Shown piece after piece: positions 38,843 to 49,941 of a stretch of 64,000 bases of DNA (its first letter is position 1; the number at the start of each line of letters is the position of its first letter). The notes under the pieces are model-generated. The model searched no databases, had not been told where the DNA came from, and saw nothing but the letters and a program-made list of their open reading frames with translations. This stretch comes from Podarcis tiliguerta (lineage: Eukaryota): NCBI GenBank assembly GCA_965153285.1, contig OZ229111.1; one strand, 5' to 3'. A program made the position numbers and the translations under genes.

Positions 38843-40283
38843 CTACTTATCAGCCACCCAAACCGCTGTCAAGGCTGCAGAGGCTTCTCGTAAAAGGGGC
38901 TGCAGATTTTTCTTTGGGACCCTCAGTGTTACTCCATTAACTACAGTTAAGAATGTTACTCTTGTGTTGGGAGCAGTTTTTCGACTCCTGGTCCAGCTGG
39001 GCTCTCCGGGCTTCCACTGGTATATTGTATTCCCCACCAGCACGTGGATTCTTCTCTGCCACTGCACCGCACAAGGTGGCAAGACCAGGATAGGAAGTTC
39101 TGGGATGGCGACGTCGTAGCTCACAGTGCCATCCTTGCTGAGGAAGAAACACTTGTGGGTGCCAGAGATCAGGGCCCTGATTACCGTGCCGGGTGTCTCG
39201 CGCCGGCTGCTCTCCTCAACAAGCCCGCCGATGACGAAGATCCCATTGTCCATGGTCACAGCTGTGGATTTGTAGCACTGAAAAGCCAGAGGCACTTGAT
39301 TCCACACATCGGAACCTGTTTCATAAATCAGAATGCCCCTGTGAGCAAGGCCGCTTGCCCTTGTGTGAGAGAACCCTCCAATCAGGTAGAGCTTGTTTTT
39401 CAATGTGGCCGAGGCAAAATGACTCACTGCAAATGGCAGGTTGGCAATGGGAGACCAGGACTTCTGCACTAGGTCAAAGCTTTCTGCAGAATCAAGCACA
39501 CTTCGGCCACTCCGACCCCCCAAAGCATACAGCTTCTGCTTACATGCTAGGAAGCCATGTTCTCGCCGCGGGGTGGACATGGATGGCAGCTGCATCCACT
39601 GGCCGGTAAGAGCATCAAACTCGTGCAGATTGCCTAAGACGGAGCCATTAAGCCGTTGTCCCCCAGAGACATAGAGCTTGTGCCCCACAGACAAGAAGCC
39701 AGAGGAATCTAGATACATCAGGGGTGGTATCTCCTCCCAGCTTTCAGTCTGCAGGCTGAATCCCAGGAAGTGAGTTTTCAGACGTTCAACTACGCCTCCC
39801 TGCATGTTGCTTACAAAAAGGCCCAAGCTCACAATCCAGTCATCGTACATGCCGTGCCTGAGACCCCCGCTCTTCCGCAACCTCCCTTCTCCGTCCAGCT
39901 GCTCCCACTGCAGGTGAGCATGTCCATATTCTTCGATTATGTCCTTCTGGACTACCGTGATCTCTTCGGAAGTAAGAAGCGGGAGGCGGACTTGTTTCAG
40001 CAGCTTCTTGATCAGTGAGAGATGCTCGGCTGGTTGAGACCTCACCCAGCGCTGCACAGCGTGGTAGACGATCAGCTCAGAAGACACCAGGAGTTTGTCT
40101 GAGGAGACAATGCTGATCACCGTGCTGGGATCCAAGCCTGGAAAGGCCTCATGTTGAGAAAGAGGTTCAAAGTTAATGGTAATGTGGCGTGTGGCCACAC
40201 GAAGCAGTGCTTGGTGGTTGTGAGCATATGCCAAAGCATAAATCCCCAGGCAGCTGTCCATAGAAATGCTGTCAGCAAGGAAT
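38843..40283 (-). CDS. KLHL-family gene, terminal coding exon 4 (BACK domain plus Kelch beta-propeller)
   Basis: Acceptor tttctttctctcaccag| at 40284-40285, then an open frame to TAG at 38843-38845. BACK motifs (SSDKL.V.SE..VY.AV.RWV, VRLPLL) and Kelch motifs LYVSGG, LYALGG, LYLIGG, IFVIGG with downstream F/Y and W residues. The joined CDS is 1833 nt (610 aa). Confidence 0.95.
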
Positions 40284-40915
40284 CTGGTGAGAGAAAGAAA
40301 TTAAATATGGATCAGTGGGGAACTGCAGGGGAATTTCACTCTCCAGATGGTGAAAGAGACAGCTTTTCGCGCTCAGCAGCAAAGGGACTGGCATGCCCAC
40401 TGGCATTCTGACCTGTTATCCCACCGCCAGAGACCAACACATGCCGGTTAAAATAAGTTTGCCAAGGTGTCTGAAAAACGTACATTTTTTATATTTTGCT
40501 GGCAACCCTCTCAAAAGCAAGATGCTTCAAGTGGAGCTAGAATTGTTTGTTGCATCTTTTCTCCAGGCTCAGGAGGAAAGGGATCACTTTAAAGGATGGG
40601 GGAAATGCTTTGGAAGGTAGCAGGTCAGGACTTTGGAGGAGGAAAGCTGAAACAAGCCACAGTAAGGGAAGGACACCTGAATGAATGGAACAAAATGGGA
40701 TAGCCAGAGGGATTGAGTTGTGGATATGTAGGAACGGTGCAGCCAAAATATATGTGATTTGCAATAGTAATTGTGAGCTACAAATAAGCCCTTCCATGTT
40801 AAATAACACTTGTGTCAGTGTGAAGTTAGGAGTATAGGCAATAGGAAGGATCTGTATGCATCCCATCTTTCATTTTTCCTGATCTCTCTTTCCTCCAGGA
40901 AAATTCCCTCAGTTA

Positions 40916-41086
40916 CAAAGTGAAATTAATTTAAAAGCAGTAATTGTAGAACTCCAACTGTCCCATAGCAGTTTACTTGCTGCTGAGGGCCCAGTTGAAC
41001 ATTACAACAAGGCGCTCAGCTGTTAGTAAACTGCTGTGGGACAGCTGGAGTTCACCAATTATTGTCTTTAAATTAATTTCATTTTG
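40916..41086. repeat. Long inverted repeat (hairpin) in KLHL intron 3
   Basis: Arms tgaaattaatttaaa...gaactccaactgtcccatagcagtttact and agtaaactgctgtgggacagctggagttc...tttaaattaatttca. Pairing continues to a loop of about 7 nt near 41001. Confidence 0.9.
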
Positions 41087-41622
41087 GTTAATGGGTAATG
41101 TGGTGGAATTTTTGGAGATTGATATCCTCTGTGAACCCCCCAGAATTACGACAGCACTGTGTGAACCAGTAAATTTTCAATTTGCCAGCCAATATGTCTG
41201 TGTTGTCTAGGGCCCAAGTGAACACAGTCCTTGATTTCTTTGACAAACTAGGCAGAGGTCAAGGTACAGATGTCTGTCATTTTAATGAATGAAAACTCAA
41301 ACTCGCTTTTGACATAAGCTCAGACAGACGCTGGTGCTAGGTTCCTCCCCAATGCCACTGCTTGCTGCTGCAAGAAGCAGCAACTGGACTGGGCACTACT
41401 TCCCACCCCAAACAATGCTCTAGACCTAGTGTCATTCAAGGGCATTGTCTGTGTTTTTATTCAGGTCATTGTGGGGTAGGGGAGAAATAATAGCTGCCTC
41501 CCCCCAAAGAAATTTGGGAAATATTCAGTGAAAAATTGTTTTCTAAAAGAAAAGCCTCAGATATATTATCAGAAAAATGTCTTCTGAGAAATTTCAGCTC
41601 AACTCTAGATTGTGCCTCCATA

Positions 41623-41771
41623 CAGTGGTACCTCGGGTACAAACACCTCGGGTTACAAACACTTCGGTTAAAGACTCCACTAACCCGGAAGTAGTACCTC
41701 AGGTTAAGAATGGTTTCAGGTTAAGAACAGACCTCCAGAATGAATTAAGTTCGTAACCAGAGGTACCACTG
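41623..41771. mobile_element. Tc1/mariner (Tigger-like) MITE
   Basis: TA|cagtggtacctcgg ... ccagaggtaccactg|TA. Confidence 0.88.
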
Positions 41772-41840
41772 TATCTCTCAAGGCTTCCACCCACTGACCC
41801 AAGGATCCCCAATCCCAGCTCCAAAACAGGATCTGTTTAC

Positions 41841-42068
41841 CTGCCAATAATCTCCTGCAGTGGGCGGATGACAAGCCTATTGGCAGCTGTGAAGAGATCC
41901 TGAGCAGTCTCTGGTGTAAGCAACAACTCTCCCGTGTAGAGATAATCTAGAATTCTTTGAAGAACAGAAGAGGCCATGTCTTCGAACACAACTTGCCTTT
42001 CCCAGCATTCTCTAAAGGGCCTGGTGAACATGGCCCGGAAATAAGGGCTGAATGCGGCCAACAATGCC
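41841..42068 (-). CDS. KLHL-family gene, coding exon 3 (BTB core: ALLAAFSPYFRAMFTRPFRE...LDYLYTG...)
   Basis: Acceptor ctctctttgtag| and donor GGCAG|GTAAAC. The exon is 228 nt, phase 2-2, and carries the BTB motifs LAA.SPYFRAMF and LDYLYTG. Confidence 0.95.
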
Positions 42069-42996
42069 CTACAAAGAGAGGCAGCAAAGTGACTACGTCA
42101 ATAAAACAAAAAGTCAGCCTTATGTATAAAAATGCTAAGCTTCTGGGGTTACATGATCCTTCAAAACAGGAATATATATCTGCCACTCAGGATGAAATAA
42201 TTCTAAGGACACTCATGTTCACTTTCTCAGTCATCCCTTACTTGGGAATATTCCTCTTCTTCCATGTACTGCTGCTGCGCTCAGTTGATTTGCTCTCTGT
42301 GCTTTCATTCCTGTAGCAGGTTTGCTAGTCCAGCTGTTAAAGACACAGAACCTTCATCCCTTTTACCTCACCTTGCCTTATGGGTGATCTGGCCCTGGGC
42401 ACTGTAAGGCCTAGTTGCACAAACAGCAGAATGGACTGTATCACTTCAGACTGCAGGTGGCCAATTGCATTTTGGAAAGTTTCCTTCATAAACTATATGC
42501 ATAATTAGCATGGCAAGAATGGTTCTAGAACCCTGGTGTACAAAATTTAATTTGCAGGAGAGCAAACCCCTCCCCCAATACACACCAAATCTTTCCCCCA
42601 TTTAGATACTTTCAGAAATCCATTTTATTTTATTTTATTTTTTGGATCTGAAGGAAATAGCGCTCTCCCAGTTGTCTGCAACAAATGGTACTCAATGTCT
42701 CTGAAGGTGAAGGTTTGATTTAGTTATCACGGCCAATGACCATTGAAACCTCCATGAATTTGCCCGATCCTGTTTTAATTTAAGATGGTGACCCTCACAA
42801 ACAAACAAACAAACAAAATAAAAATATGGTGACCCTCACCAGACTGGATGACAATGAAATCCATAAATCAGTTGTGTGTTGTGTTAAAAAAGTACTTTGT
42901 TTTGTCTGTCCTGAATCTCCTGCCAAACACATTAATTGGGAGACTGACACCCACAATTCTAGAGGAGAGGAACAGATTTTCTATCCACTTCCTCTA

Positions 42997-43353
42997 AAGG
43001 TAAAGGTAAAGGGCCCCCTGACCATTAGGTCCAGTCGTGGCTGACTCTGGGGTTGCGGCGCTCATCTCGCTTTATTGGCCGAGGGAGCCGGCGTACAGCT
43101 TCCAGGTCATGTGGCCAGCATGACTAAGCCACTTCTGGTGAAACAGAGCAGCGCACGGAAATGCTGTTTACCTTCCTGTCGGAGCGATACCTATTAATCT
43201 ACTTGCACTTTGATGTACTTTCAAACTGCTAGGTTGGCAGGAGCTGGGACTGAACAACGGGAGCTCACCCCCCGTCGCGGGGATTCGAACCACCGACCTT
43301 CTGATCGGCAAGTCCTAGGCTCTGTGGTTTAACCCACAGTGCCACCCACGTCC
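42997..43353 (-). mobile_element. Sauria SINE, full length
   Basis: tRNA-related head ggacgtgggtggcactgtgggttaaaccac, BovB-like 3' end with (ACCTTT)n tail, and 14-bp TSD atccacttcctcta (42983-42996, 43354-43367). Confidence 0.93.
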
Positions 43354-43392
43354 ATCCACTTCCTCTACACCCTACATAATTCCATAAATCTC

Positions 43393-43874
43393 GGCCTTCA
43401 CCAAAGCGAGGTTTAACGTTTTTCCCTCCAATGTCCTGAGACATAGATTTTCAAAGGGCCAAGTCCCCGCCGTGTGCGAATGTGATAAGGTGTCGCCGGA
43501 GTCGCTCCAGCACATTATGTTCTCTTGCCCCTTGTTCAATGTGCTACGGGCAAATTTGCTGGGATCAATCATACAGAAACTAATGGGTACCCCTCCAACA
43601 TTCCACCTTGCCCAAATCTTGCAGGATAAGGATACCCATACGACCCTGAAAGTGGCTAGGTTCCTGGCCGCGGTCCTTACCCAAAAGCGACGCCAAGGAG
43701 CACTACAAGCTAATTAAGGTGTAGGATACCATTCCATCTAATAGTATTTTATTGTTATAGTGGCGTTTTAGTGGTTGTTTATTTCTTTTCTTTTTTTCTT
43801 TCCTCACATGTACAAGCTGTTATTTATGTTCTTTTCTGTATGGGCCCATGGCCGTAATAAATAAATTGAATTGA
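43393..43874 (+). mobile_element. RTE-X-like LINE 3' end, 5'-truncated, recent
   Basis: Uninterrupted frame 43394-43717 AFTKARFNVFPS...CECDKVSPESLQHIMFSCPLF...LQDKD...VARFL (CCHC knuckle). The 3'UTR ends aataaataaattgaattgaa. Perfect 15-bp TSD aattccataaatctc (43378-43392, 43875-43889). Confidence 0.8.
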
Positions 43875-44300
43875 AATTCCATAAATCTCTATAAATCTAA
43901 ATGATAAACCTTAATTAGTATAAACCTCTCCATGAGTGGGATTTATGCTAATCTTCCCTCATTCCCACCCCATTAAATGAGCCCCTGTCAGACGTGAAGT
44001 GCAAATGTAAGCTTTTAGAGGCATATGACTAGCACAAGAACCTGAGCCATTGGCTTATTCGGAATGGCAGTGATCTGGCAAGATGCATTGTGACAAAGAT
44101 TATTACACTCTTGTGTCAGAAGCTGTGTGGCTCCCATAGAGCCGGAGCATCTCAGTGCTGATGTTCATACTCTGCACTTGCCTAGGCAATATCACCTCCC
44201 TAGGCAAAGCATCCGCTTTGCTGGCTATGGATAACATGAGCTGCTTCATCAGGCCAATATTCACTAGCAGGCTGGAGACCAGCAAAATCCAGGAACTCAC

Positions 44301-44379
44301 CTGTGACAGGAGAAAATCCTTCCTTCGGCCATCAGGGTGGCATCACAGAGCTGGTGGGCCTCATAGAGCTGTTTTAAGC
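44301..44379 (-). CDS. KLHL-family gene, coding exon 2 (BTB N-terminus: GLKQLYEAHQLCDATLMAEGRIFSCHR)
   Basis: Acceptor cctccccttccttacag| and donor CACAG|GTGAGT. The 79-nt exon runs phase 1 to phase 2 and translates to the canonical KLHL BTB start (L..L.....LCD.TL...G..F.CHR). It is absent from the ORF track. Confidence 0.93.
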
Positions 44380-44763
44380 CTGTAAGGAAGGGGAGGCAAA
44401 ACCAAGTTTGTGTGTTAGATCCTGATCAGAAACAAGAAGGGCAACAAGAGGCAGAGCTGTCCAATTGGTCATGTAAGACAAGCACAGAGAATTTGGGGGT
44501 TGAAGTTGAACCTCCTGTTTCCAGCAATGCTCCTGGTTGAAGAGCATATGAAGGCACTATTCTGGACATGTTCAGTTATGGAAATTTCTTGGTCCTGCTA
44601 GAAACTCATTGGGTTCTGTTTCAGCTTTGTTTTGCTATGATGAAGGGCCATCAATACGATATGGAGCTGAACATCTACATTCAAGACATAAATCCAAGCA
44701 TTTGTGAAGGGAAGATAAGGGGGGAAATAGACTGTGTATTTCTATATTCTGCAGTAAACTTAC

Positions 44764-44848
44764 CTTGAATTGTGTAACATCCCAAAGAGGTAGAACTCAA
44801 GCTTATGTCATGCATTCCACTGCTATCCTGTTCCTTTTTGGTATCCAT
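44764..44848 (-). CDS. KLHL-family (BTB-BACK-Kelch) gene, predicted coding exon 1 (MDTKKEQDSSGMHDISLSSTSLGCYTIQ-G)
   Basis: ATG at 44848 in good Kozak context (ATTATGG), with an in-frame TGA upstream. Consensus donor CAAG|GTAAGT at 44764/44763. Its phase 1 matches the next exon (G|GC = Gly). A polypyrimidine acceptor (tctcttctcccctag) puts the exon start at 44915, implying a further upstream 5'UTR exon. Confidence 0.65.
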
Positions 44849-45414
44849 AATCCATCGGCAGGTTCAAGAATCTCCAGAAAAAAGGACTCCTCCGAGACTC
44901 ACCAACCAGTCATTTCTAGGGGAGAAGAGAGAACCTCCAATTGGCAATGAGATGTTGGGAGCTAGAATACTCATGGGAGTCAGCCTCATGGGAGTTAGAA
45001 TACTGTTGATGTGGAGCTCCAGGACACACCACCATTAGGCCAAAGATACTCTGCTGTCCTGAAACCCATTGTTATATAATACATTGGAAACCTGGAGGAC
45101 TTTAAAAAAACAAACAAAAAACTGTAGTCTCATGTTGCAGTTCTGAACTACATGGCCATGTCCATAATCACTTTGGGGTACTCTCATGTTCTATTCATAT
45201 TGAAATACTGCCCCTCAATGAGGCCATACTTAGATTCACAAAATGTTTAGGGGTATATGTCCCCTCCAGAAAAAAGCACTACCTAATCCTATCCCTCTTT
45301 TTCAGATCTCCATTGATTGTGTAGTGTCTTCTCCCCGCAGGTACTTAGGAATAATGTTTTCCTTCTTTGCTACCTCTTGAATAGTCAACCTTCCCCTGGC
45401 CTTGAGCCTAAGAG

Positions 45415-45622
45415 AGGGGGGAGAGCGTAACTCAGTGGCAGAGCACATGCTTGGCATGCCAAATGTCCAGTGTCAATCCCCAGCATCTCAATTTAAAAAT
45501 TAAAATGTGAAGCAGGCAGTGGGAAAGACTCCTTCCTGAAACCCTAGACGGCTGTAGCCAGTCTGAGCAGACAATACTGAGCTAGGTGGACAAATAGTAT
45601 AAGACAGACTTTTATGTTCTAT
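45415..45622 (+). mobile_element. tRNA-derived squamate SINE
   Basis: cgtaactcagtggcagagcacatgcttggcatg...tcaatccccagcatctc...agacaatactgagctag...tatgttctatg. Confidence 0.72.
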
Positions 45623-46839
45623 GAAAGATGGTGTATCTGTTGCCCTGGAACACTTCAATGACTTACAGCAAGGGTAGGGAACCAGGGGCCCTTTAGGTGT
45701 TGCTGGATTACAGCTTCCCTCTCACGCTGGCTAGGACTGATGGGAGGTGGAGTCCAACAACATCCGGAGGGCTACCGGTTCCACACCACTGAGAGATTCC
45801 CGTATCCTGTATCTTCCTAACACTTTTGTTCCCAAATGATGCTCACAAGGGTCTCCAGTCCATCTGGTTGCTACCAAGAACTGGTTTCAAGATGGTACCT
45901 GTACCTGAGACAGGGATTAGTTGGTTGATAACCACTTTGGGTTATTATAGGGCCTGGAACAAATCCTGGTGGAGAAGCAGTCCCAAAAAAACTGGAAGAA
46001 ATGCAATCCCAGTGCTAGTCAACATGGGTCTCAGCACATAGTATGAGGTGGTTTCACATATAAAGAAGAGGGCTGATGTTCTGGTTTTGGTTGCTGGCCA
46101 TTTGATGAAACCAAGATATTTAGGCCATTGCGCCAGAAGTGTGAATTGCAGAGCACAAGAACAACTCTAAATCCCTAAGTACAGCCAGACCACCCATTAT
46201 GACTATAAGCCTTGACACAGACGGGCAGCAGCCAATGAGCTGTTAATCTTTTACCATTCCCATTTCTTATTTGCATATGGGAGACCAACAAGGCATATTT
46301 TAAAAGCCATTGGCTGGGCTGGTAGGTGCAGAGGAAATAATTTCTTCTTTCATATGTAGCCCCTTTCAAAAGTTTTACCTTTACAAGTGGAGGTCAGATT
46401 TTTAAAAGTCAAGGAAATCATGCAGCGGCTGCGTTCTGGAAGAAGAAACATTTGATAGCTGCGGGAGCTCAGAGATGAGGTACTAATAGCCACATGGTGG
46501 GTCAGTTGCCATCCAGTGGAGTACCTGAGGGTGGGTTAACAATGGACAATGGGTGGGTGGCTTTTTAAAAGGAGTGGGGTAAATGGGTGGCTTCTATGCT
46601 GAGTCAAAATTCTTTGAGGATGGCCCTGCATTAAGGGACTCATCCTTTTAAATATGGAGTATCTACTTATCGTACCAGCAACCTTAGATTGCAGCCTCCA
46701 GCTCCTTACACTTGCAGTGGGTAAGCACAGGCAAGTGTGTACATAAAGCTGTATCCCTACTGTAGGGGACAAGATACCTTGGTACTTTAGGGCTCACCTG
46801 GAGGCCACTGTCACACACCATACGGAAACTGTTGGTTGG

Positions 46840-47200
46840 CATCTGTGTCTGTATTGAGAGACAATGGAGGAGTGCGCCTTTGGAAGGTTACAGCGCCTGT
46901 TGTGGCTATAGAGACCAATACAGGAAAGAGATGCTTTATTGCAGTTGGGCAGACGAAGGCATACCATGGTGCTGTTTCAGGTGTACCATGGTGTTTCTTC
47001 TCTTTGTGCTCCTCCCAGCAATCATTCCTCCTCTGGTCACTGCTATGGTCTGTCTTCAGGCGCTGCAGTCTGCAAGGGATTCCCACACGGTGGGGTTTGA
47101 TGTTGCCTGCCTTCACATCAGATTTGCAGACATCTTCGTAATGCAGAGCTGGTCTGCCAATGGGCCTGGTGAGTAGGAAATTGCCCAACTGTATGTCTGC
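46840..47200 (-). mobile_element. RTE-clade LINE 3' fragment (non-BovB)
   Basis: Minus translation RPIGRPALHYEDVCKSD.K...HSSDQRRND.WEE.KEKK...F.CP, homologous to 9585-9815. Confidence 0.78.
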
Positions 47201-47363
47201 AATGGCAGTTTTGTTCAGATTAGTGTTATCTGCTCTGCTTGTCTCCATTTAATGCTGTTTATTCATTTTTAAAAATTATTTATCAAATTTATATACTGCC
47301 CTATACCCGGAGGTCTCCTGTTACTGTTGATCATTTAATTAACTTCTATTAGATTTTTTTTTA

Positions 47364-47714
47364 GGGACACAGGTGGCGCTGTGGTTAAACCACAGAGCCT
47401 AGGACTTGCCGATCAGAAGGTGAGCAGTTCGAATCCCTGTGACGGGGTGAGCTCCTGTTGCTCGGTCCCTGTTCCTGCCAACCTAACAGTTCGAAAACGC
47501 ATCAAAGTGCAAGTAAATAAATAGGTACTGCTCCAGCGGGAAGGTAAACGGCATTTCCGTGTGCGGCTCTGGTTCCCCAGAAGCGGCTTAGTCATGCTGG
47601 CCACATGACCCAGAAGCTGAATGCCTGCTCCCTCGGCCAGTAAAGCGAGATGAGCAGCGCAACCCCAGAGTCGTCCACGACTGGACCTAATGGTCAGGGG
47701 TCCCTTTACCTTTA
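47364..47714 (+). mobile_element. Sauria SINE, full length
   Basis: gggacacaggtggcgctgtggttaaaccacagagcctagg...ggacctaatggtcaggggtccctttaccttta, with a ttagattttt-type TSD. Confidence 0.93.
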
Positions 47715-48902
47715 TTTAGATTTTTTAATATAAAGCACTGCCTCATGCCAATGGCCCCTCTGGTAGGCAAGATGAAGTTCCCTTGTGTCACAGAAAAAAT
47801 ACCCTTACTGGCATTTAGGGGGTTAGATCTAACTAAAACGTTGCATTTTATTATGTGGTAGCTGCTCAAAATGCTTCTATGTAGCTAAGTCACATGGGTT
47901 GTAATAATATTTATTTACCATATGGACATTTCCAAAGCACATGGGGCAACTCTGCACCATCAGCCCCTTGGAACAGGCAGTGTTGGTTTTAAGACCATCC
48001 ACACAAATTCAGGGTCATCCACATACGGTAGTAAGAGGATTTCAGACATTACAGTCCCTGCCTGGAATGCTGTCATGTGAATTAGGAATGGGCACAGCGT
48101 CTTTGCATTATCCGCACAGGTGATGGCATATAATTATTGTATTATTGCCATCATGTTGTAACAAGGGGGAATTTCAGGTCTGAGCACATTAGCTTGGAGC
48201 GCATCCCATGTACATTATGTCAAATGCTGCAGCCCAAAACACTTAGTCTTCACCTGGAATAAGCCATGCGGTAGATTTAGAAATTCAGTTTTTAATTGCA
48301 GTCAGCTTTCCTGATCTTCCTGCTGGTGGTTGGCATCTCGTTAAAAAAGCCCACCCAGCAGTGTGCAGGCTTGGTGTCAAAGACTGTGTGCACGTCCCCA
48401 TCTGGCTCCATAATTACTACCTTCACATCAGCAGAGGAATGTTAATAGGTAATATGTAAACACAAAATCTTTTATGTTTACCTAGTAAACATCTGGATGG
48501 AGAGCTTTGGATAATCTCCGATTGGGCTAGAAAAACAAGGGTGGAACAGAATCATGGAGAATGAAAGCAGGAGGACACCAGCAGAGCTCTGCATGGGGGA
48601 AGGACTGGAGCGGCAAGGAGAAGGAGGCTTCTGAACAACTTTAGGGGCCAGCAGAACTCAAATAAAATAAGTCTATGGCTATATTAGCAGCACATCAGAG
48701 GAACTCAAGTGTCCTTCTGCATCTTGTTTGCTTCCCGGTTTGCAAACCTATCTTGCGGGGTGCAGGGGGAGAGAAACCTTAGTCTCAGGAGCCCCATGTG
48801 GCCCTTCAGGCCTTTTGTATTGGCCCTCTAGACTCTCCCTAGGTTGGGTGGAGGATGGGCTGTGTACGAGTATGTACGAGGTACCATAGTCTACCGTAAA
48901 AG

Positions 48903-49210
48903 CAGTGGCGTAGCGTGGGTTGTCAGCACCCGGGGCAAGGCAAGTAATTTGCGCCCCCCCCCCCCGCTGCACTGTCCCTCCCCCAGATAGTCCCTCGCTC
49001 TCTCTCCGCACTGCACCGCACGCCTGGCACCCTCCCCTCCACAGTGGGCGGCGACCCGGCGGCTTGGATCGGATTCGCACAGCCAGCACTGCAGTGAGAG
49101 AGCGTGAGTGAGCCAGGTAGGGGCAGAGAGCTGCGAGTGCGAGCGCGCTCCCCCCAGATGTTGCGCCCGGTGCGGCCGGCCCCCCCTGCACCCCCCACGC
49201 TACGCCACTG
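48903..49210. mobile_element. Very young CpG-rich hAT MITE
   Basis: Perfect 17-bp TIR cagtggcgtagcgtggg and perfect 8-bp TSD cgtaaaag (48895-48902, 49211-49218). Confidence 0.93.
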
Positions 49211-49941
49211 CGTAAAAGGCATATTTGCTCCACCCAGTTTTGTCTCTGGCTTTGCCCACCATTTTCATGTGGCTTCCCATCAAAGTTAGCCATGCTTAGG
49301 GTTACTAAAAGAAAGGGATCATTTAAGTCCCATTGATTTCAATAGGTCTACTCTAAGCATGACTAAGTCTGGGTTTATTATCACACTATTAATCATCATT
49401 GTAGTAGGAAATAAATTTATTATAAGTCCCTCCCTTTCCTTTTAATGTTTCTTTTTCCTTTTCTTTTAATGTGTACACATATTTTGCTTTTTTGTATTTA
49501 ATATGCTTTTCATTTTAATGTTTCATTGCTTTTTATTATTTGAGTTCTCTTTTGTAGGGGGGTGTTCCTCCTACGCTGCAGTTTGGAAATACAAAATGCA
49601 GTCGAACAAACAAACAAACAAATATTTGATTTTCATCAATAGTAGGAGCTCCCTTGTTCTACATTTCAACATGCCCATAAGAAACAATATCTCCAAGTTC
49701 AGGTAAGTAAATACTTTTCTTTTTTAAAAAAATAATAATACAGACTTGGTGACAAAAAGCAGTATATAAAAACATTGGGTTGGGTGGGTTTCAGCTAAGT
49801 TGTTGCATGTGTGGAATGAGGTCCACTTGTTCACCATTCCCCCTCCTCCCCCTCATGCCCCCTAAAGCTGCTCTGAATTGTTGCTGACATCCATCTGTCT
49901 TGAAAGATAATGGGCTGCTCTGAAGGGTTGAAGGAAACCAA

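Noticed and set aside
38775-40018. Several + strand ORFs overlapping the KLHL terminal exon
   Set aside because: Antisense artefacts of a real coding exon.
38843-44848. Assigning a specific gene symbol (a numbered KLHL or KBTBD)
   Set aside because: The domain architecture is clear, but I do not recognise paralogue-diagnostic sequence; a phylogeny is needed.
48748-49293. 181-aa GC-rich ORF and apparent CpG island
   Set aside because: Explained by the young hAT MITE with TIRs and TSD; it is not a gene.
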